A DNA stretch of 58,090 nucleotides from contig KZ538623.1 in NCBI GenBank assembly GCA_000934665.2, forward strand, positions 1-58,090, read 5' to 3'. A program made the position numbers and the translations under genes. A model generated the notes under the pieces. It did no database searches and was not told the origin of the DNA. It saw only the letters and a list, made by a program, of their open reading frames with translations. This DNA comes from Catajapyx aquilonaris (lineage: Eukaryota). Below are positions 52,834 to 58,090 of this stretch, piece after piece; within the stretch, counting starts at the first letter, position 1, and every line of letters starts with the position of its first letter.

Positions 52834-54909
52834 TCAGCATAGGCATAAGCACTTGCATCTGCATTTGGTAGCGCAAGCACACCGACAAACACAGGTGCAT
52901 TTCTTTTTCTTTTTGTTGTTGCATCGGGCCAAGAAACTTGCTTCCTTGGAAACCACTGGCTTTAAGCACCCTGCATGTCTGTTTTGTTTAACTGGGCAGA
53001 GGTCCAGTACTCTGTCAATGTATGTGTGCAACTTCTTGGATGTAATCCCGTCTTGCTCCATCATCTGGGTCTCTCGCCAATCAAAATTGCAACGTGACTT
53101 TGGTCTTTCACACCTAGCTGCCACTAGGGTTGCCTTTGACACCGCATTTAGTGCCTTATTGGTCTGATCCAGCAAGGCTTGGGCTCCATCCAGCACATCA
53201 TCTACCCATTTGTCCTTGTCCTCCTCAACCTCATTGCATTCACACTCCGATGATGAAATGAGTGCCTCTGCTTCCTCCATGGCTCTGTCCACCTCCTTCA
53301 GCATTGAAATGGCTTCATCCAGACCAGAAACTGCATCTGGTTTTTGGGCACACTTACATTTGTGAGTCTTGCGGCGGCTGGTTTCTCTGGGGTATCTTGG
53401 CGTCTCATCTGAGTCTCGATACCAGACATCAAACTTTACTTTGGTCCTGCTTTTGCTTCCAGGCAGTGTTGTCCTGGATTCCATTGATATGATATCCTGC
53501 CTACTTTCTCGACCCAAATGTTCGCTAGAATCTGAGCCACATCTGCTGTGGCATGAACTAGTTGATGGCCTGTCATGTGTGGGGATGTACATACTTGGTG
53601 AAGTGTAGTCCTGTCTTGATTGGTAAGGAGCTTGTGAGGGATAGGAATGATAAGAGGGATATTCAGTGGATGACATGTCCTCATGTCTGGAATGATGTGG
53701 TGTGGATAAGTAGTTCTGCCGAGAGTGGCATGAAGTGGATGTGTTTTTTCGAGGTTGGCTCGGCCTGCAAGGATCGTAATCCTGAATGGGCTCATACGTC
53801 CTGAATGTTGTAAAGGTCTCTCTGGGGATGTACGGGCTGGATGAAATGTGGTCTGGTTTACCATAATTTGGAGTAGATGAAAAAGAGCGATACTCATTGC
53901 CAGCTGAGTTATCAAATGTGTTTCTGTAGTGTGAGTTATAGTCTGGCAGGGGCCTTGAATCTTCATACCTGGACTCTACGCTCCATCTTCGATCTGAATT
54001 GGACGTAGGTGACATGTCACGCCTTGTCTCCATTGCGGGATACCACTTAGGGTTAGTCTCCATTGCTCGTGACACTGAACGCGCTGGCAAAAATGGGAGA
54101 TCCCAGTCTCGCTTCCAGTTTGAATCATCCCTGTCCCTAAAAGTATGCACTGTTCGATGTAAGTCTGTGGTGTCCTTTCGGAGTATCCCATGAGGCATTC
54201 TCTCTTCTCTCCTAACATTTGGTGCACCTGGTCCATGGTCCCTTCTGTTGTCTGGTTCTTCTCTTCTTTCCCTCCTTCTCTCATCGTGGTAGATGTCTAA
54301 GCCATCTGGTCTGCTAGATAATGAGTCACGACCATCGTTCCAGTTGGGGTCTCTGTACAATGTGGTACTATCATCCATGCAACTTCCATTGGAGGTAGTA
54401 GCAGTGTGCTCCTGAATGTTGACATTAGCCTCATTCAACAATCCACTCGGAGGCTCATCACACTGTACGCTGTCCGTCTGTGTGCCGCTCTCAGCTAGGC
54501 TGTGCTTCTTGTTGCTCTCTGGTATTGCTTCAACCACAGAAGTGTGTTCAACTGTGGTCTCCACAACTGAGATATTGTTCGAGTTTTCATGTACCTTGTG
54601 CTTGTGTCTGCGCTTACACTCACACTTCTTTGAAGTGCAAGTGTCTGGACAGGGACAGGATGGCTCCTGCACAGGGTACACCCACAAAACACGATTAGAG
54701 CCATTGCCTGGCCAACCATACTTAGCCTTGCCACATGACCAAGGTGGTGCAAGGCACATCTGTAGAGTCTCCTCAATTGCACTCTTGAACACACTTGACC
54801 TTGCACCAATGCAGACCACAGCGTTGTGACCTACGCACTTCTGTTGCTGTTTCATCTTCCAGGCAGATACAAGCAGTGAGGCGAACAAGTCAAGGGCCAG
54901 TTTCCACAC
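52834..54909 (-). CDS. Unrecognised protein (orphan C), single long exon of about 690 codons with Cys/Lys-rich segments near both ends
   Basis: 711-codon open frame. The probable acceptor is ctgctatcag|GTG at 54909 and the first internal ATG is at 54855. It ends KKKKKCTCVCRCACATKCRCKCLCLC*, with an ATTAAA poly(A) signal (52814-52809) 20 nt after the stop. Confidence 0.65.
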   Translation of the reverse strand: MWKLALDLFASLLVSAWKMKQQQKCVGHNAVVCIGARSSVFKSAIEETLQMCLAPPWSCGKAKYGWPGNGSNRVLWVYPVQEPSCPCPDTCTSKKCECKRRHKHKVHENSNNISVVETTVEHTSVVEAIPESNKKHSLAESGTQTDSVQCDEPPSGLLNEANVNIQEHTATTSNGSCMDDSTTLYRDPNWNDGRDSLSSRPDGLDIYHDERRRERREEPDNRRDHGPGAPNVRREERMPHGILRKDTTDLHRTVHTFRDRDDSNWKRDWDLPFLPARSVSRAMETNPKWYPAMETRRDMSPTSNSDRRWSVESRYEDSRPLPDYNSHYRNTFDNSAGNEYRSFSSTPNYGKPDHISSSPYIPRETFTTFRTYEPIQDYDPCRPSQPRKNTSTSCHSRQNYLSTPHHSRHEDMSSTEYPSYHSYPSQAPYQSRQDYTSPSMYIPTHDRPSTSSCHSRCGSDSSEHLGRESRQDIISMESRTTLPGSKSRTKVKFDVWYRDSDETPRYPRETSRRKTHKCKCAQKPDAVSGLDEAISMLKEVDRAMEEAEALISSSECECNEVEEDKDKWVDDVLDGAQALLDQTNKALNAVSKATLVAARCERPKSRCNFDWRETQMMEQDGITSKKLHTYIDRVLDLCPVKQNRHAGCLKPVVSKEASFLARCNNKKKKKCTCVCRCACATKCRCKCLCLC

Positions 54910-55408
54910 CTGATAGCAGAGGGGCTTTTTTGTGGGGAGGGGTAGGCCATATGTGCAACACTTTAACACTAAGATACATGTTTTATTACTGTACTGCAGA
55001 CTTGCAAAGTGCCCACCCTTATTACAGATGTGCAGTGCGAAGCCTTGTCTACTTCAGACATACATTATGTAACTGGTGATGGGTAGGCTAGTGCCCTGCA
55101 ATCTACAGTGCAGCCATAAAGCCTTAATCAGTTAAGAATATATCACTCAAAAGCTGAACAAGAGTAAAAACTGCTGTTCCAAAATCATAGTCCATTCCTG
55201 TTTCTTCTTCTTCTCACATTGTCAATTACAAATATTATTCTGCCATTTTTAGGATGATAGCAGCTGTTATGTACAGACATTCTACCTTATAATAGCATAG
55301 CCACAAATCAAATATTTCAATGCTAGTGAGGCATTGATACATGTGAGTGTGTGGGAATTTTCACATTACACATCATTACTGCACGCAAGTGCTGGACAAA
55401 ATGTCACT

Positions 55409-56743
55409 TCACGGAAAAGGCAAACGAAGAAGTATTTTCAGACTTGATACCGGTGCTAATGTAGGTATTCCTGCTGTATTCACAACAACATCCAAGGTGG
55501 CCTCCAACTGAAGGCAACATGTAACCAACTTTCCTTGTCGTAATGGTGAAATGAAATGGCACCAAATTTTGAAACAGCATTTCACTCTGTTCAGTCCCAG
55601 CATTCCACCACCATGCCTGCACTGTACCTGGATGCCTGCATCCTTCTTCTGTCCTCGAGTCTCCTCCACTCTCTGCAATTCCTCCTCTTCCTCTTCCTGA
55701 TCGTCATCATCCTCCCAGTCTCCTGGCTCTTCCAGCCTTTCCTCTTCCTCCATCTCTCCAAAGCTGACCATCTTCTCCACTGCCCCATCTGGTCCTCCTT
55801 CCTTCTCCATCAGGCTCTGCAATGTGGCTGGCTTCATCTGCAGGATTGTTCCAATGTAGTGACCCAAAGGTTTACTCAGCTGATTCCTCTTCTTCTCCAT
55901 GCTCTCCAGGCAATTCTCCCACCTACTGATCTCTTCGCGCTTGCGGCGCATACGGGACAACATTTCGCGGAGAGAGCGGCTCTCTTCCTCAGCTACAGGA
56001 CTTTTGGCTGGCTGAGAGGACTGGGTGGGTTGGGGAGAGTTAGCAGGTGGCTGAGGAGAGTGGGAAGATCGTTTAGGAGAGTTAGCAGGTGGCTGAGGAG
56101 AGTGGGAAGATCGTTTAGGAGAGTTAGCAGGTGGCTGAGGAGAGTGGGAAGATCGTTTAGGAGAGTTAGCAGGTGGTTGGGGTGAAAGAATATCTTCTCT
56201 ATTTAGAGTCCCCTCATGCTGTCCATCTCCTCCATCCGGAGCATCATCTGTTAAGTCTATAAGGTCATCCACAGAGGCTGACGAATCTCCAGATGATGCT
56301 GTATGATCTACTGCTGCTGATGGTGTCTTTTGAGATAAAAATGTGGTCCCGAGGACATGACAATTAGAAGCATAATCCACAGTGGGCAAGTGCCATTGCT
56401 TATGCTAATAAAGAAGATGACAACATACCCTGCAACATTGATATCTTGTAACAACAATACACAGAGCTTCCCAAAAGAAGGTGCGCAATTTTTAATAGGC
56501 CTAATATAAATAGTTAATTCCAAAACCAAATGGCCTTTACACTCCATATAATTTCTAGCAGTACGTATAACCTTTTGTTTGCTCTGGATACCAGTGCACA
56601 CACACACACATAAAAAAATTGTAACTAACCAGTTCGTCAGCAGCCGGTTGAGCCACCACAAATTGTGACTCAAACTGGTCCTCCAGTTGGCGCTTCATTG
56701 ACAGACTTTTTCGACACAGTTCCGATGGGGAGGGCTCTAGTGG
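55409..56743 (-). CDS. Unrecognised protein (orphan D). Exons 56743-56630 and 56326 onwards; both ends uncertain
   Basis: Phase-0 junction ..AADEL|TPSAAVD.. into a 326-codon frame. That frame contains DDLIDLTDD, SPKR repeats, a coiled-coil segment and an acidic tract. It may splice out at 55628 and could join orphan C. Confidence 0.55.
56034..56177 (-). repeat. 42-bp coding tandem repeat x about 3.4 (SPQPPANSPKRSSH)
   Basis: GGAGAGTTAGCAGGTGGCTGAGGAGAGTGGGAAGATCGTTTA at 56034, 56076 and 56118, with a partial copy at 56160. Confidence 0.95.
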
Positions 56744-57342
56744 CTGCAAAAAATATATAATGACGTTAGAAATGCATTAATAAATATGATGAAGTAATTT
56801 TAGTATAAATTAACAGAATCCACAGCACCATTATTCAAAATTCCTAACAGAAGCACAAAAATTTTGATATGACATGAAAATTAAGCTGAATGACAACTTG
56901 TGTACACCCAGTGCACTCAGGTTTTCATTTCCGTAAAAGGTGAAATTATGGTTATTGTATTTTAGAATCTTATGCAACAAAATCTATCCAGTTGCCATGG
57001 AAAAGTTGTTTAAAAATCACAGTTGCCAATCTTGGCATAATGGTACTGTACATAAATCTTTGGCAAATGGTATCTCTCAAGTGAGTTATGATACTACAGT
57101 GATACAAAATGATATATGCATTGGGCTCTGGCAATGAGAATGTGCAAGTGAGTGTAGGTCTTCACCCATGATGTTTTTCCCAACCACTTCATGCTAACCA
57201 CCTGGCTCCCACAAGGTATGCTGGGTCCATGGTCAACCCCTTCTCATACTGGTATGCCACAGTAGGGTTTACTACATGATAGGCCAGTGTGGCCTGTTAG
57301 GGGATCCTCTTTTAATTCTCCATCTGTATTAAATTTCTGAAA

Positions 57343-57505
57343 GGGCAACATGGTGGCGGAGTGGTTAGTACCACAGCCTTCCACCTCTAAGGTCCCGAGT
57401 TCGATCCCCGGGTCAGCCGGAGGATACTTATGTGGATCGAGTTTCGATGGGTTCTGTCCGTGTTCGCATGGGCTTTCTTGGAGTTCTCCCGTTTCCTCCA
57501 CAATC
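57343..57505 (+). mobile_element. tRNA-derived SINE with V-domain-like core (truncated)
   Basis: The head GGTGGCGGAGTGGTTAG...GAGTTCGATCCCC gives A and B boxes. It is followed by TGTGGATCGAGTTT...TTCTGTCCGTGTTCGCATGGGCTTTCTTGGAGTTCTCCCGTTTCCTCCAC, which resembles the V-SINE central domain as I recall it. Confidence 0.65.
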
Positions 57506-57622
57506 AAGTCCGGTTTAAACCGGACTTGAACCGGGTTTACATTTGAACCACTATTCGAGAAATAGGCCCAAGGAGGATTATCACGGGGTATCCATTATTA
57601 TAATATTATTATTATATTATAT

Positions 57623-57651
57623 ACTAGCAGGATACCCGGCGTTGCTCGGGT
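57623..57651 (-). mobile_element. Helitron 3' terminus (second copy)
   Basis: The minus strand reads ACCCGAGCAACGCCGGGT-ATCCTG-CTAG-T, matching 33889-33918. Confidence 0.7.
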
Positions 57652-57896
57652 TATGAAAATACTTTTCCATGTAGGTGTAAGTCATTGATTTGGTAGTAAC
57701 CTTTGAAATAATATATTATGGCTATACAATGTTGGCATACCTGTTACATGAAGCATATTGCATTTGCATGAAGTCCAAACACCAAACTGCGGATGTCAGA
57801 TTGTAAGAGAGTACACAATACGCCTTAAAAATCCAGCAAAAGTTTATAATGAAAAATTGAAGGTTGTGCAGTAAATGTAGAATAGCATTGAAAGAC

Positions 57897-58015
57897 CGGC
57901 ACCTCTCTTAGTCATTCCCCAACCCCAAAAATAATGTCAAACCTGGCCTGGATGACTGTGCCAGCAGGCAGCTATGGGGTCGCTGGAGTACTCAAGGCCC
58001 ACCACCACGTTAAGG
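57897..58015 (-). mobile_element. Fragment resembling the 5' UTR of an RTE-clade LINE
   Basis: The minus strand reads CCTTAACGTGGTGGTGGGCCTTGAGTACTCCAGCGACCCCATAGCT...GACTAAGAGAG, which resembles the conserved RTE/Expander 5' leader as I recall it. No RT ORF is in the window. Confidence 0.45.
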
Positions 58016-58090
58016 TTAAGGAGGCGCATAAGTAAAAATGCGGTAGGTGCATTTTTGAGGGAATTTTAAATTTTTGTGGCGAAACGCACC

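Overview
This is eukaryotic (animal, most likely arthropod) genomic DNA with spliced genes, so the six-frame ORF track shows only exon fragments. I rebuilt six conserved genes from splice signals and reading-frame phase. An inositol-trisphosphate 3-kinase gene (-) lies head-to-head with a very large RSF1-like chromatin remodelling subunit (+, about 3061 aa, with a 5.9-kb exon, a PHD finger and a probable GC-AG intron). Next come a rolling stone-like membrane protein (-) and MED14 (-), which is head-to-head with BBS5 (+), followed by SMCO4 (-). Introns and the 30.6-36.5 kb intergenic block carry non-autonomous mobile elements: piggyBac-, Tc1/mariner- and Harbinger-type MITEs, a Helitron 3' end, a tRNA-derived SINE and a foldback element enclosing a composite satellite. 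A V-SINE-like copy, a second Helitron end and an RTE-like 5' UTR fragment lie near 57.3-58 kb. The 48-57 kb end holds a tight cluster of three or four unrecognised, repeat-containing coding genes, the best candidate for something undescribed. There is no CRISPR array, rRNA or true tRNA. Gene models and family names come from reading the sequence and recalling family motifs, not from database searches.
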